A stretch of DNA of 64,000 nt from Actinomycetota bacterium (GTDB lineage Bacteria; Actinomycetota; Geothermincolia; Geothermincolales; RBG-13-55-18), in the NCBI GenBank assembly GCA_014360685.1, contig JACIXB010000009.1:1971-65970 (forward strand), given 5' to 3'. The translations under genes and the position numbers were made by a program. Each line of letters begins with the position of its first letter. Position 1 is the stretch's first letter. Positions 1 through 9,622 of the stretch are shown here, one piece after another. The notes beneath the pieces were generated by a model. That model was not told the DNA's origin, ran no database searches, and worked only from the letters and a program-made list of their open reading frames with translations.

Positions 1-148
1 CTGGAGTAGGAAATGTGCGGGAAGGCCCGCCCGACCCCGTCGGCCCGGAGGGCGCCATGCCCTGCGCCCCGCGGGGAGGCGGAACCCTCCCCGCGCCGTA
101 GGGGCGGTCCCGGTTGGTGAGAGTGGAGATTTCAGGAAGGGGATAGCC

Positions 149-595
149 TTGCCGGAGATAGTATATATCTCGCTGAGGTATCTTTTCCTGGCACTGCTGT
201 ACCTCTTCCTCGCCCTGGTGATCAGGGTCATCTACCGGGAACTCAACCCCGAGACCCCTGAGCCCCCCGCACGCAAGCCCTCCAGGCCCGGCAGGAAGGG
301 GCGCCCCGCCACCCTGGTCCTTTTGGGAGGGGAGGGTCGCCGGGGACGGAAGGAGTGGCGGATCGTGGAGGAGCTGGTTATCGGGCGGGCCCCGGAATGC
401 GCGGTGTGTCTGGAGGACGAGTTCGCCTCCAACCTCCACGCCAGGGTATACGCCCTTCAGGGCCGCTACTACGTGGAGGACCTGGGAAGTACCAACGGAA
501 CCTATGTGAACGGAAGGCGCATCAATTATCCCATCGAGCTGCGCCTCGGAGACCGGATAAAAGTGGGTCGTACCCTGATGGAATTCAGGGCTTGA
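149..595 (+). CDS. FHA-domain protein with N-terminal membrane anchor (FhaB/FipA-like)
   Basis: N-terminal hydrophobic helix; FHA motifs IGR, S-x-x-HAR and DLGSTNGT; lies at the head of a PP2C-rodA-pbpA-pkn cluster. Confidence 0.9.
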   Translation: MPEIVYISLRYLFLALLYLFLALVIRVIYRELNPETPEPPARKPSRPGRKGRPATLVLLGGEGRRGRKEWRIVEELVIGRAPECAVCLEDEFASNLHARVYALQGRYYVEDLGSTNGTYVNGRRINYPIELRLGDRIKVGRTLMEFRA

Positions 596-678
596 CCCCA
601 TCCGGAAGGGGCAACCGCGGAATGTCGCAATGACCTGCGGGACGCCGTTTTCGAACCTGTGAACCGGAGGAGGGCCCC

Positions 679-1482
679 ATGCGTTATGCCGCCCTTAGCG
701 ATGTGGGTAGGGTGCGGGAGAGAAACGAGGATTTTTGCCACGCCGACGGTCGCCTGTTCATCGTTGCCGACGGCATGGGGGGTCACCAGGCGGGGGATGT
801 GGCCAGCTCCGCGGCGGTGGAGGAGTTCCTGCGTTGCGAAAAGGAGAACCGTGGGGCGGATCCCCTGCGGCGCCTGCGCGGTTGCCTGCAAGCCGCCAAC
901 CGCGTCATCCTGAAGATGGCCGAAAAGGACCCTGGACTCCGGGGCATGGGCACCACCTTCACCGTCCTGCTTCTGGAGGACGGCGCCTACCTGGGCCACG
1001 TGGGAGACAGCCGGGCTTACGTCCTGAGAGGAGGGACGTTGAATCCCCTTACCCGGGATCATTCCCTGGTGGAAAAGATGGTGAGGGAGGGTTTTCTCAC
1101 TCGGCGCGAGGCCAGGCGGCATCCCAAGCGCAACATCATCCTGCGGGCCCTGGGGTTGTCGGCCGACCTGGCCGCGGACCTGGTGAGGGTGGAGGTCATG
1201 CCCGGCGATCGCATCCTCTTGTGCACGGACGGCCTGACTTCCCAGTTGGAAGACGACCAACTCGCCCGCCTCCTCCTCGAGGAAAAGGATCCGGAGGCCT
1301 GCGCGCGCAAGCTCATCGAGGCGGCCAATGCCATGGGCGGGGAGGATAACGTGACCGTTGTCCTCGTGGACCTGGAGGAGGGAGACGGGTCCGTCTTTCC
1401 GGCTAAGGGCGCGGTTCCGCGACGGGAGGGGAAAAACCCGGTGGCACGGTGGTGGCGACGCATGCGCACGGGAAGGGCTTGA
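679..1482 (+). CDS. pstP: PP2C-family Ser/Thr phosphatase (Stp1/PstP)
   Basis: R-x-x-NED, VADGMGGH, HVGDSRAY, LCTDGL and GGEDNVT motifs. Confidence 0.93.
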   Translation: MRYAALSDVGRVRERNEDFCHADGRLFIVADGMGGHQAGDVASSAAVEEFLRCEKENRGADPLRRLRGCLQAANRVILKMAEKDPGLRGMGTTFTVLLLEDGAYLGHVGDSRAYVLRGGTLNPLTRDHSLVEKMVREGFLTRREARRHPKRNIILRALGLSADLAADLVRVEVMPGDRILLCTDGLTSQLEDDQLARLLLEEKDPEACARKLIEAANAMGGEDNVTVVLVDLEEGDGSVFPAKGAVPRREGKNPVARWWRRMRTGRA

Positions 1483-1567
1483 CCCGGGTTTCGGCGGTCC
1501 GCGCTCATGCGGCCTGGAGGTCATCGGAAGGCGGGATAGGGAACGGTATGGCGAGGAAGGATGAGAG

Positions 1568-2851
1568 ATGGGCATGAGCCCGAGGTGGAAGGAAGCGCTT
1601 CTCCTGGCACTTATCCTGCCCCTCTCCTTCCTGGGCTGGATCTCGCTCGACCTGGCCGAGGCCGGTGCCCTGGTTCCGGGCCACCTGGTTTATCCCCTGG
1701 CCTGGACGGCCGTCTTTCTCCTGGCCCACTTGGTCCTGCGATTCCTGCGTCCCCAGGCCGACCCCCTCCTGCTCCCCCTGGCTGCCGCCCTGACCTGCGT
1801 GGGACTGGTCATGCTCCTGCGCCTCAACATGCACATGGCCCGCCTGCAGCTCATCTGGCTGGGGACGGGGGCGGTCCTCATGCTGCTCCTGGTAGCCCTG
1901 CTGCGCGATTACCGGTCCCTGAAGAATTACCGGTACACGCTGGCCGTCCTGGGGCTGGTGCTGCTCCTTTCCACGGTGTTTTTCGGCCGCGAGGTCAACG
2001 GGGCCCGGCTGTGGTTGATCCTGGGCCCCCTACGCTTTCAACCCTCGGAGCTGGCCAAGATCTTTTTGGCCATATTTTTCGCCGCCTACCTGGCGGAAAG
2101 GAAAGAGCTCATCGCCGGTGCGGGCCGGGTGGTGGCCGGCGTTCACCTGCCCCGCCCGCGGGACCTGGGTCCGCTCCTGACCATGTGGGCTCTCTCGCTC
2201 CTGTTGCTCATTTTCCAGCGGGATCTCGGGTCCTCCCTGCTTTTTTTCGGCATCTTCCTGGCGGTGGTCTATGCGGCCACGGGAAGGGCGACCTTCGTGG
2301 TGGCCGGAGTGGTCCTGTTCCTGGTAGGGGCCACCCTCACCTTTTTCCTTTTCGGCCACGTGAGAACCCGGGTGGAGACCTGGCTGGACCCCCTCAACCC
2401 GGAGACGGTCAACGATGAGAGTTACCAGATAGCCCAGTCCCTTTTCGCCTTCGCCGAGGGCGGCCTTTCCGGGACCGGGTTGGCCCGGGGCAGCCCGAAC
2501 CTCATACCTTACGTGGAGACCGATTTCATCTATGCCGCCGTCGGCGAGGAGCTCGGTTTGCTGGGGGCAACGGCGTTGGCCCTCCTATACCTGGTGCTGT
2601 GCGGGCGCGGGCTGTACCTGGCCCTGCGCAACGAGGACGATTTCGGGAAGCTGCTGGCGGTGGGGATGACCGCCGTGTTGGGGCTTCAATCCTTCATCAT
2701 CATGGCCGGGGTCACCAGGTTGATGCCCCTCACCGGCATCACCTTGCCCTTCGTGAGTTACGGGGGAAGCTCCCTGGTGAGCAACTTCCTGCTCCTGGGG
2801 CTGCTCCTGTGCCTCTCCGAGGGAGGTGGAAGGCTTGCAGAGAACGATTAA
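1568..2851 (+). CDS. rodA: SEDS-family peptidoglycan polymerase (RodA/FtsW)
   Basis: Multi-TM protein; FQPSELAK, QRDLG, TDFI-x-A-x-x-GEE and TGITLPFVSYGGSS motifs. Confidence 0.93.
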   Translation: MGMSPRWKEALLLALILPLSFLGWISLDLAEAGALVPGHLVYPLAWTAVFLLAHLVLRFLRPQADPLLLPLAAALTCVGLVMLLRLNMHMARLQLIWLGTGAVLMLLLVALLRDYRSLKNYRYTLAVLGLVLLLSTVFFGREVNGARLWLILGPLRFQPSELAKIFLAIFFAAYLAERKELIAGAGRVVAGVHLPRPRDLGPLLTMWALSLLLLIFQRDLGSSLLFFGIFLAVVYAATGRATFVVAGVVLFLVGATLTFFLFGHVRTRVETWLDPLNPETVNDESYQIAQSLFAFAEGGLSGTGLARGSPNLIPYVETDFIYAAVGEELGLLGATALALLYLVLCGRGLYLALRNEDDFGKLLAVGMTAVLGLQSFIIMAGVTRLMPLTGITLPFVSYGGSSLVSNFLLLGLLLCLSEGGGRLAEND

Positions 2852-4268
2852 ACGCCTGGGAGCCTTCTTCATCGTCCTCACCATGGTCCTGGTGATCAAC
2901 CTCAGCTACCTCCAGGTCTGGGGGCAGAAAAGCCTTATGGAAAATAATGCCAATACGAGGCGCCTGGTGGAGGAGTACGGGATAGCCCGGGGCAGGATAA
3001 TCACCTCCGACGGCCTGGTCCTGGCGGAGAGCGTGCCCGCCCAGGGACCCTTCGCCTACCGCCGGCAATACCACCAGGGCTCCCTTTTCTCGCACGTGTT
3101 GGGTTACGACAGCCCCCGGTTCGGGAGGACGGGAGTGGAGGAAACCTATAACGAACAACTGCTGGGAAGGAAACCCCCCCGTTCCTGGGTGGAAGAGATG
3201 ACCTCCGACGTGCGCGAGGGAAACGACGTTTACCTCACCCTGGACACCGAGGTGCAGGCCGCGGCGGCCAAGGCCCTGGGTTCCCGCAAGGGGGCGGTGG
3301 TGGCCGTAAACCCCAAGACGGGTGCCGTCCTGGCCATGTACTCCTGGCCCACCTACGACCCCCAGTCCCTGGTGACCCCGGACAGAGATGCCGACGGGAC
3401 GCCGCTGGCGGAGAAGGCCATGCTCAACTACAGCCGGGACTCGAGCAGTCCCCTGCTCAACCGCGCGGCGGCCGGTCTCTACACCCCGGGCTCCGTCTTC
3501 AAGGTGGTGACCGGTTCGGCGGGGCTGGAAGCGGGATTCCCCGTGTCCACGGCCTTCGATTGCCCGGGGGTCTGGGAGGTGGGTGGTTCGCGGGTGACCA
3601 ACTACGGAAACCCGCCGCGCAGTTTCGGAAGTATCGACATGAAGACGGCTCTCACCTACTCCGTGAACACCTACTTCGCCCAGCTGGCGGTGAAGATGGG
3701 GGCTCCGGCCCTGGTCAAGTACGCGGAAGCCTTCGGCCTGAACTCCTTGCCCCCCTTGGACTTACCCGGGGTCTCCGTCTCGCGCATCCCGCCCCCCGGC
3801 GGCATGGACGCCGTCCTCCTGGCCTGGTCGGGTGCCGGCCAGGGAGAGATACTCCTTACCCCGCTCCAGCTCTGCCTGGTGGGCTGTGCGGTGGCCAACG
3901 GCGGGAGGATCATGGCCCCCCACCTGCTCAAAGAAGTCCGGAAGGGGGAGACCATCCTCGAGCGCTATGACGCCTCGGTGTGGAAAAACCCCATCTCCGC
4001 GGATTCGGCGGCGGAGATGCTGGAGATGATGGTCTCGGTGGTGGAGAGGGGGACCGGGACGGAGGCGGCCATCTCCGGGGTTACCGTGGCCGGGAAGACG
4101 GGCACCGCGGAGGTGGAAGGCAAGCCGCCCCATGCCTGGTTCCTGGGGATCGCGCCGGCGGAGAACCCGAGCGTGGTGGTGGCGGTGGTGGTGGAGAACA
4201 GCGGCGGCGGGGGGGGTACGGTTGCCGCACCCATCGCCCGTGAAGTCATGAAGGCCGCCTTGAGATGA
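2835..4268 (+). CDS. pbpA: Class B penicillin-binding protein (PbpA-like)
   Basis: SxxK (GSVFK), SxN (SVN) and KTGT motifs; N-terminal TM. Start placed at TTG 2835 after GGAGGT (ORF track starts at 2826). Confidence 0.9.
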   Translation: MQRTIKRLGAFFIVLTMVLVINLSYLQVWGQKSLMENNANTRRLVEEYGIARGRIITSDGLVLAESVPAQGPFAYRRQYHQGSLFSHVLGYDSPRFGRTGVEETYNEQLLGRKPPRSWVEEMTSDVREGNDVYLTLDTEVQAAAAKALGSRKGAVVAVNPKTGAVLAMYSWPTYDPQSLVTPDRDADGTPLAEKAMLNYSRDSSSPLLNRAAAGLYTPGSVFKVVTGSAGLEAGFPVSTAFDCPGVWEVGGSRVTNYGNPPRSFGSIDMKTALTYSVNTYFAQLAVKMGAPALVKYAEAFGLNSLPPLDLPGVSVSRIPPPGGMDAVLLAWSGAGQGEILLTPLQLCLVGCAVANGGRIMAPHLLKEVRKGETILERYDASVWKNPISADSAAEMLEMMVSVVERGTGTEAAISGVTVAGKTGTAEVEGKPPHAWFLGIAPAENPSVVVAVVVENSGGGGGTVAAPIAREVMKAALR

Positions 4269-4471
4269 GGCGGAATGGGTATTCTTCGCCATGGGAATGC
4301 GCTTGCGCATCATGGCCGCCTGCCTTGGGGGCGTAGGGCGGGTCGGTATTGTCCCCCCGGTGGTTTCCTGGATTACAATACCCCTGAAAAGTCCCCGGAT
4401 AGGAGCAGGGCCGGCCGCGGATCGAACCTAAGGGGTGGCGAAAGACCCCGGCACACGGAGGCTTTAGGTTG

Positions 4472-5830
4472 ATGGCCGAGAAATACCCCGACTGGCGGGG
4501 CAAGGTGCTGAGAAAGCGCTACCGCCTGGACGAGAGGATCGCCCTGGGAAGAACCGTGGAGGTCTTCAGGGCGTACGACCTCCTCGAGGAAAGGGAGGTC
4601 GCGGTGAAGCTCCCCCTTCCCCACCTGCTATCCGACCGCGAGTTCTGCGACCAGTTCCGCGCCGCCGCTCACCGCGCCACCAGGCTCCGGTATCCCGGCC
4701 TGGTGGAGGTCCTGGACTACGGCCTGGAAGAGGACCGCCCCTTCGTGGTGGAGGAGCTGGTGGAAGCCCGGACCCTCCACGAAATCCTGGAGACGGGGAA
4801 GAGGATGAAACCCCTCGGGGCCCTGTATTTCGCCCTGGAGATCTCCAGGACCCTGGCCTACCTGGAAAAACAGGGGGTGGCGCACGGTTCGCTGGACGAG
4901 AGGCACATCTTCATCTACCCCGGCCGTAAGGCCAAGATGTCCGACCCCGGTTTTCCGGTGGTCATGGGAGGCGGGGACAGCCCCTTCCCCGTTTTCCTTA
5001 ATCTCCAGCGGGATATCCGGGACCTGGGCTACCTCATTTACCGCTCCGTAACCAACCGGAGCAAGCAAGAGGTCCTGGAGGACGCCCGGAAGGGGAAGTT
5101 GCGGTGGGACCGCGAGGTCCCGCTCCGCCTCCAGAGGTTCGTGGAAGTGTGCCTGAAGAGCGCGGAGGGAAAGGGTTTCCCCACCGCCAGGGATGCCCTC
5201 CGGGACGTCGTTTCCTCCCTGAGGGAAGAACTCCCCCTGGCCCCCTTGCCTCCCGAAGAGCCGGAAGAGGAGAGGGTCGAGGAGGCGCCCGCCGCCCCCG
5301 CCGCGGCCCTTCCCCTACCGCTGCCTCGGCTGCGCCGTTGGCAGGTCTGGGTGGGGGGCGGCCTTTTGGCGGTGGCCGCGGTACTGCTTTTTTTCTGGAT
5401 CTTGTCCATGTTCATCGGGGGCACCAAGGTGGAAGTTCCCAACCTGGTGAACGTGAGCGTGGAGGAGGCCGCCAAGATGGCCGCGGAAAGGGATCTCGGC
5501 CTGCTGGTGGTGGGGAAAGATCACGACGCCCAGGTCAAGGCGGATTACGTCATTTCCCAGGATCCCAAGCCGGGCGAGATGGTGAAGAGGAAAACGGTGA
5601 TCAAGGTCCTCCAGAGCCTGGGCCCGCTTACCGTGCCCAACCTCGTCGGCTTGTCCCTCGAGGACGCGCGCTCGGTACTGGAGAGCAGGGGCTTCCGGGT
5701 GGGGGAAGTGATTTACAAGGAAGTGGCCGGTTACAGCCAGAACCGCGTGGTGGAGACCGATCCTCCCTACGGGTCCAAGCTCTCCAGCGGCGCCGCGGTG
5801 AACCTGGTGGTGAACCGAAAGCCGCAGTGA
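4472..5830 (+). CDS. Degenerate Ser/Thr kinase-like domain + TM + 2 PASTA domains (probable pseudokinase)
   Basis: VAVK retained, but HGSLDERHI replaces HRDIKPxN and SDPG replaces DFG; TM helix; two VPNLV-type PASTA repeats. Confidence 0.85.
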   Translation: MAEKYPDWRGKVLRKRYRLDERIALGRTVEVFRAYDLLEEREVAVKLPLPHLLSDREFCDQFRAAAHRATRLRYPGLVEVLDYGLEEDRPFVVEELVEARTLHEILETGKRMKPLGALYFALEISRTLAYLEKQGVAHGSLDERHIFIYPGRKAKMSDPGFPVVMGGGDSPFPVFLNLQRDIRDLGYLIYRSVTNRSKQEVLEDARKGKLRWDREVPLRLQRFVEVCLKSAEGKGFPTARDALRDVVSSLREELPLAPLPPEEPEEERVEEAPAAPAAALPLPLPRLRRWQVWVGGGLLAVAAVLLFFWILSMFIGGTKVEVPNLVNVSVEEAAKMAAERDLGLLVVGKDHDAQVKADYVISQDPKPGEMVKRKTVIKVLQSLGPLTVPNLVGLSLEDARSVLESRGFRVGEVIYKEVAGYSQNRVVETDPPYGSKLSSGAAVNLVVNRKPQ

Positions 5831-6103
5831 TGTGGAGGGGGGAACCACCGGAGGGCTCGGCCGTCAAAATATCCGGCCCCTTTCGAAGCGTGCTTATGAC
5901 GCGTCCGATGACGGGATGTGAGGCAGGGAGACGCGGGGTGGTTAGAGGGAAGAGGGTCCTTCCGGTATGGAGGGATTGCCGGCCGGACCATGGAAATTAT
6001 CTTCCGGGAAGGGGCGGAAGCCCGGGTTGAACCGGAAAAGCGCCGAGACTCGGTCGCCCGGGTGTACGGAGATCCGCGGTAAGTTCGGAGGCCGGGAGTA
6101 ATT

Positions 6104-7894
6104 ATGCTGGGAAAGATATTCAACCAACGCTACCGCTTGAAGGAAAAACTGGGGAGCGGGGGCATGGCCGACGTCTACCTCGCCGACGACCTGCTCCTGG
6201 AGAGGGAGGTGGCGGTCAAGGTCCTTCACCCCCAGTATGCCGCGGACCCGGCTTATATCCAGAGGTTTCGCCACGAGGCCCAGGCGGCGGCCAACCTCAA
6301 TCATCCCAACATCGTGAACATCTACGACTGGGGGAATGAAGGCGACCTCTATTACATCGTCATGGAGTACGTGGAGGGCCGGGACCTCAAGGAGGTGTTG
6401 CGCGGCGAGGGGCGTATCCTCCCGGAGCGGGCGGCGGAGATAACCGCTGAGGTATGTGCCGCCCTCCAGTTCGCCCATCGGCATAACCTCGTGCACCGGG
6501 ACATCAAGCCCCACAACATTTTCCTGACCAACATGGGCCAGGTCAAGGTGATGGATTTCGGGATCGCGCGTGAGGGCAACGGCAGCGGCTTCACCCAGAC
6601 GGGGGTGGTCATGGGCACGCCCCAATACATATCTCCCGAACAGGCGCAAGGCCGCCCGGTGGACGGACGCTCGGACATCTATTCCCTGGGAGTGGTCCTT
6701 TACGAGATGCTCACCGGCCGCGTCCCCTTTGACGATCCCAACCCGGTGACCGTGGCCTACCGCCAAGTGCGCGAGGACCCCATACCCCCCTCGGTCATCG
6801 ACCCCGAGATACCTCCCGCCCTGGAGGCGGTGGTCATGAAGGCCATGGCCAAGAACCCCGCCAACCGCTACCAGACGGCGCAGGAGATGAAGGCCGACTT
6901 GCTGCGTTTCCTGGAAGGCATGCCGGTTACCGCCACCCCGGTGCTGCCCGGGGCCTCCGCGCAGGCTTCCGCTACCGCCGCGGAGCCGCGGAGGAGGGTT
7001 CCCTGGGGATGGATAGCGGCGGGAGCGGCGGTCTTCCTGGCCGTCCTGGGCGTGGTGCTGGCCTTGCTGCTGACCGGGAGGGGCACCAAGGTGGAGGTCC
7101 CCAACCTGAAGGGCATGACCGAGGAGCAGGCCCGTCAAACGCTGGAGGGGCTGGGGCTCAAGTTGGGGCAGGTGGAAGATTATTACATCGAGGACCCCTC
7201 CGAGAAGGTGGGGGTCGTGGTCTCCCAGGACCCGGAATGGGGCACCCTCCTGCGCAAGGGAGAGAAGGTCAACGTGACCGTCTCCAGGGAGATGAAGATG
7301 CCCGGCGTGGTCGGCCTGACCAGGGAGGCCGCGGAGGAGAAGCTGCGCGAGGCGGGCGTCACCATCATCGAGATCGTCAACAAGCCCGTGGATGACGAGG
7401 ACAAGATAGGCAGGGTCCTTTCGCAGGACCCGTCGGCCGGCAAGCTCATCAACCCCCGCACCAACGTGAGGCTGGAGGTGGGGGTGGAGCAGAAAAAGGT
7501 GGCCGTGCCCGACGTGGTGGGTATGCTCAAGGAAGACGCCGAAAGAACCCTGGAGAACGCCGGCTTCCAGGTCACGGTGACCGAGGAGGCGAGCTCCGAG
7601 GTGGAGGAGGGAAGGGTCATCAGGCAGAGCCCCCTGGCCAACCAGAAGGTGGCCGAGGGGAGCACGGTGACCATCGTGGTGAGCACCGGACCAGCCAAGG
7701 TCACCGTCCCCAACCTGGTGGGAAAGAGCAAGGAAGAGGCGGAATCCATACTTGCCGGCCTGGGCCTGGAGCCCGACGTCTCCTACACCGTGGACCTGGC
7801 CCACGTGGGGAAGGTGGTGGACCAGGACCCGCCCGCGGGCACCGAGGTGGAGGAAGGGAGCCAGGTGGAGATCGTGGTGGGCAAACTTCCCTGA
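6104..7894 (+). CDS. pknB: Stk1/PknB PASTA-domain Ser/Thr kinase
   Basis: LGSGGMADV, VAVK, HRDIKPHN, DFGIAR and GTPQYISPEQ motifs; TM; four PASTA repeats. Confidence 0.95.
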   Translation: MLGKIFNQRYRLKEKLGSGGMADVYLADDLLLEREVAVKVLHPQYAADPAYIQRFRHEAQAAANLNHPNIVNIYDWGNEGDLYYIVMEYVEGRDLKEVLRGEGRILPERAAEITAEVCAALQFAHRHNLVHRDIKPHNIFLTNMGQVKVMDFGIAREGNGSGFTQTGVVMGTPQYISPEQAQGRPVDGRSDIYSLGVVLYEMLTGRVPFDDPNPVTVAYRQVREDPIPPSVIDPEIPPALEAVVMKAMAKNPANRYQTAQEMKADLLRFLEGMPVTATPVLPGASAQASATAAEPRRRVPWGWIAAGAAVFLAVLGVVLALLLTGRGTKVEVPNLKGMTEEQARQTLEGLGLKLGQVEDYYIEDPSEKVGVVVSQDPEWGTLLRKGEKVNVTVSREMKMPGVVGLTREAAEEKLREAGVTIIEIVNKPVDDEDKIGRVLSQDPSAGKLINPRTNVRLEVGVEQKKVAVPDVVGMLKEDAERTLENAGFQVTVTEEASSEVEEGRVIRQSPLANQKVAEGSTVTIVVSTGPAKVTVPNLVGKSKEEAESILAGLGLEPDVSYTVDLAHVGKVVDQDPPAGTEVEEGSQVEIVVGKLP

Positions 7895-8155
7895 AACCGG
7901 CCTTTTTCCCGCGGCCTATCAGGATCGGCGTGGATGGGTATTCCCAACATCCTCGTACCCCTCTTTTAAACGCATACCCGCCGCGGTTCACGAACGGGAA
8001 AGCCCGCGCAGGCACCACCCGGCTTGATCATGCGTTTCACCGTCCCCCACCTCGCCGTGACCGGTTTCCATTCCTCCGGGTAGCCTCTTAAGGGTGGGAA
8101 TGCCTAACGGCTTTTCCCCATTCCCCCCGGCCCCCGCAGCCCGTGAGGCGGCGAT

Positions 8156-8164
8156 TGGTATAAT
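8156..8164 (+). promoter_or_regulatory. Extended -10 promoter (TGgTATAAT), probably leaderless
   Basis: TGGTATAAT ends 7 nt before ATG 8172, with no Shine-Dalgarno in between. Confidence 0.6.
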
Positions 8165-8171
8165 CGACCTC

Positions 8172-9353
8172 ATGGGCGAAGAGTACGACGTGCTGGTTGC
8201 GGGAGCCGGCCCGGCGGGTTCCGTGGCCGCCATGCTGCTGGCGGGGCACGGCTTTCGCGTCCTGGTGCTGGAAAGGGACCGCTTTCCCCGCGACAAGATA
8301 TGCGGGGACGGCATAGCTCCCCGGGCCGTGCATTCACTCCATGTCCTGGGCCTGGAAGAGGAACTGGAGGGAAGGTTCCTCCGCACCCGGGGCATCCGTT
8401 TCTACGCCACGCGGGACGGGGTGACCGAGGTCCGCTACCCCATGGGCAGCCGCTATCCCGACCACGGTTACGTGGCCCCCCGCAGGGAGCTGGACGACAT
8501 CCTCCTCCGCCGGGCGAAAGAGAGGGGAGCCGAGGTGCTCGAGGGATGCCGCGTGACCGGGCTCCTTGAACCCTCGGGGGGCAGGATACCGGGAGTGCGG
8601 GCGGAGAGGGAAGGCGAGCGGCTGGAGCTCAAGGGCAGGTTCATACTGGGCGCCGACGGGCCTTCCTCCGTGGTGGGAAGGGAAGCGGGGCTCCTGCGCA
8701 GGGACCCCCTATACATCGGGGTCTCCGTGCGTTGTTACATGCGTGGAGTCCGGGACCTGGCCGACTTCCTGGAGATCTATCCCGAGGACGCCATATCTCC
8801 CGGATGCGGCTGGATATTCCCTGTCTCCGGGGATACGGCCAACGTGGGGGTGGGCTTCATGCTTTACGCCCGCGAGGCCAAGGGCCTGAACCTCAACCGC
8901 CTCTGGGAGGCTTTCCTCCGGGATACTCGGCACGCAGCGAAAAAGCTGGCCTCCGCCGAGCCCCTGGGCAGGCCGCGGGGGGCGCTTCTGCGGGTGGGGT
9001 TGGGAGGCGCCGTTCCCCGCCGGGCCAACGTGCTCCTGGCCGGCGACGCGGCCTCCATGACCAATCCCATCAGCGGCGAGGGCATCACCTATGCCCTGGA
9101 GAGCGGCCGTTGGGCGGCGGAGACCCTGGCCGCGGCCCTGCGTCGCGAGGATCCGGATATCCTGGCCCTTTACCCCAGGATATTGCATTGGTATTATGGA
9201 AGATATTACCATTATGGTACCTTGGCCATCCGCTACGGGAACCGCCCCGCCTTCGTCAATCCCCTGCTGGCCGTGACGTCCCGATTTCCCCGGCTGGGGG
9301 ACAAGATGGGGAGGTTCCTCATGAACTGCCGTCGCTCCGACCACCCCCTGTGA
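8172..9353 (+). CDS. Geranylgeranyl reductase-family FAD oxidoreductase (MenJ-like)
   Basis: GAGPAG, FPRDKICGDG, GADG, GWIFP and GDAA...NPISGEGI motifs; start placed at ATG 8172. Confidence 0.88.
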   Translation: MGEEYDVLVAGAGPAGSVAAMLLAGHGFRVLVLERDRFPRDKICGDGIAPRAVHSLHVLGLEEELEGRFLRTRGIRFYATRDGVTEVRYPMGSRYPDHGYVAPRRELDDILLRRAKERGAEVLEGCRVTGLLEPSGGRIPGVRAEREGERLELKGRFILGADGPSSVVGREAGLLRRDPLYIGVSVRCYMRGVRDLADFLEIYPEDAISPGCGWIFPVSGDTANVGVGFMLYAREAKGLNLNRLWEAFLRDTRHAAKKLASAEPLGRPRGALLRVGLGGAVPRRANVLLAGDAASMTNPISGEGITYALESGRWAAETLAAALRREDPDILALYPRILHWYYGRYYHYGTLAIRYGNRPAFVNPLLAVTSRFPRLGDKMGRFLMNCRRSDHPL

Positions 9354-9622
9354 TATGGTCGGCGGCGGCCGGAGAAGGAGGGTCATATGTAGCGGATGAG
9401 CCCCAGGCTACGGTCCGGCGGGCTTCCGTTCCCCGCGGCACGGGGAACGGGGAGCCGGGGTCCCCGGGGGAGCGGGGCCTTTTTAGGGGCGACGGGCGGT
9501 TATCTTGGGTGGGGCTCAGGCCGTAAATCGAGGGGACGCGGAGAGGGCCGGGGAGCGAGAGGGCGCGGAGAAAGAAGGGATCGGCCGGTGGAAACCGGAG
9601 ACGCCGGAAAGCGGGGTTGCGC

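Noticed and set aside
1-9. CTGGAGTAG as the 3' end of an upstream FHA (fhaA-like) gene
   Set aside because: Plausible from synteny, but three codons cannot support a call.
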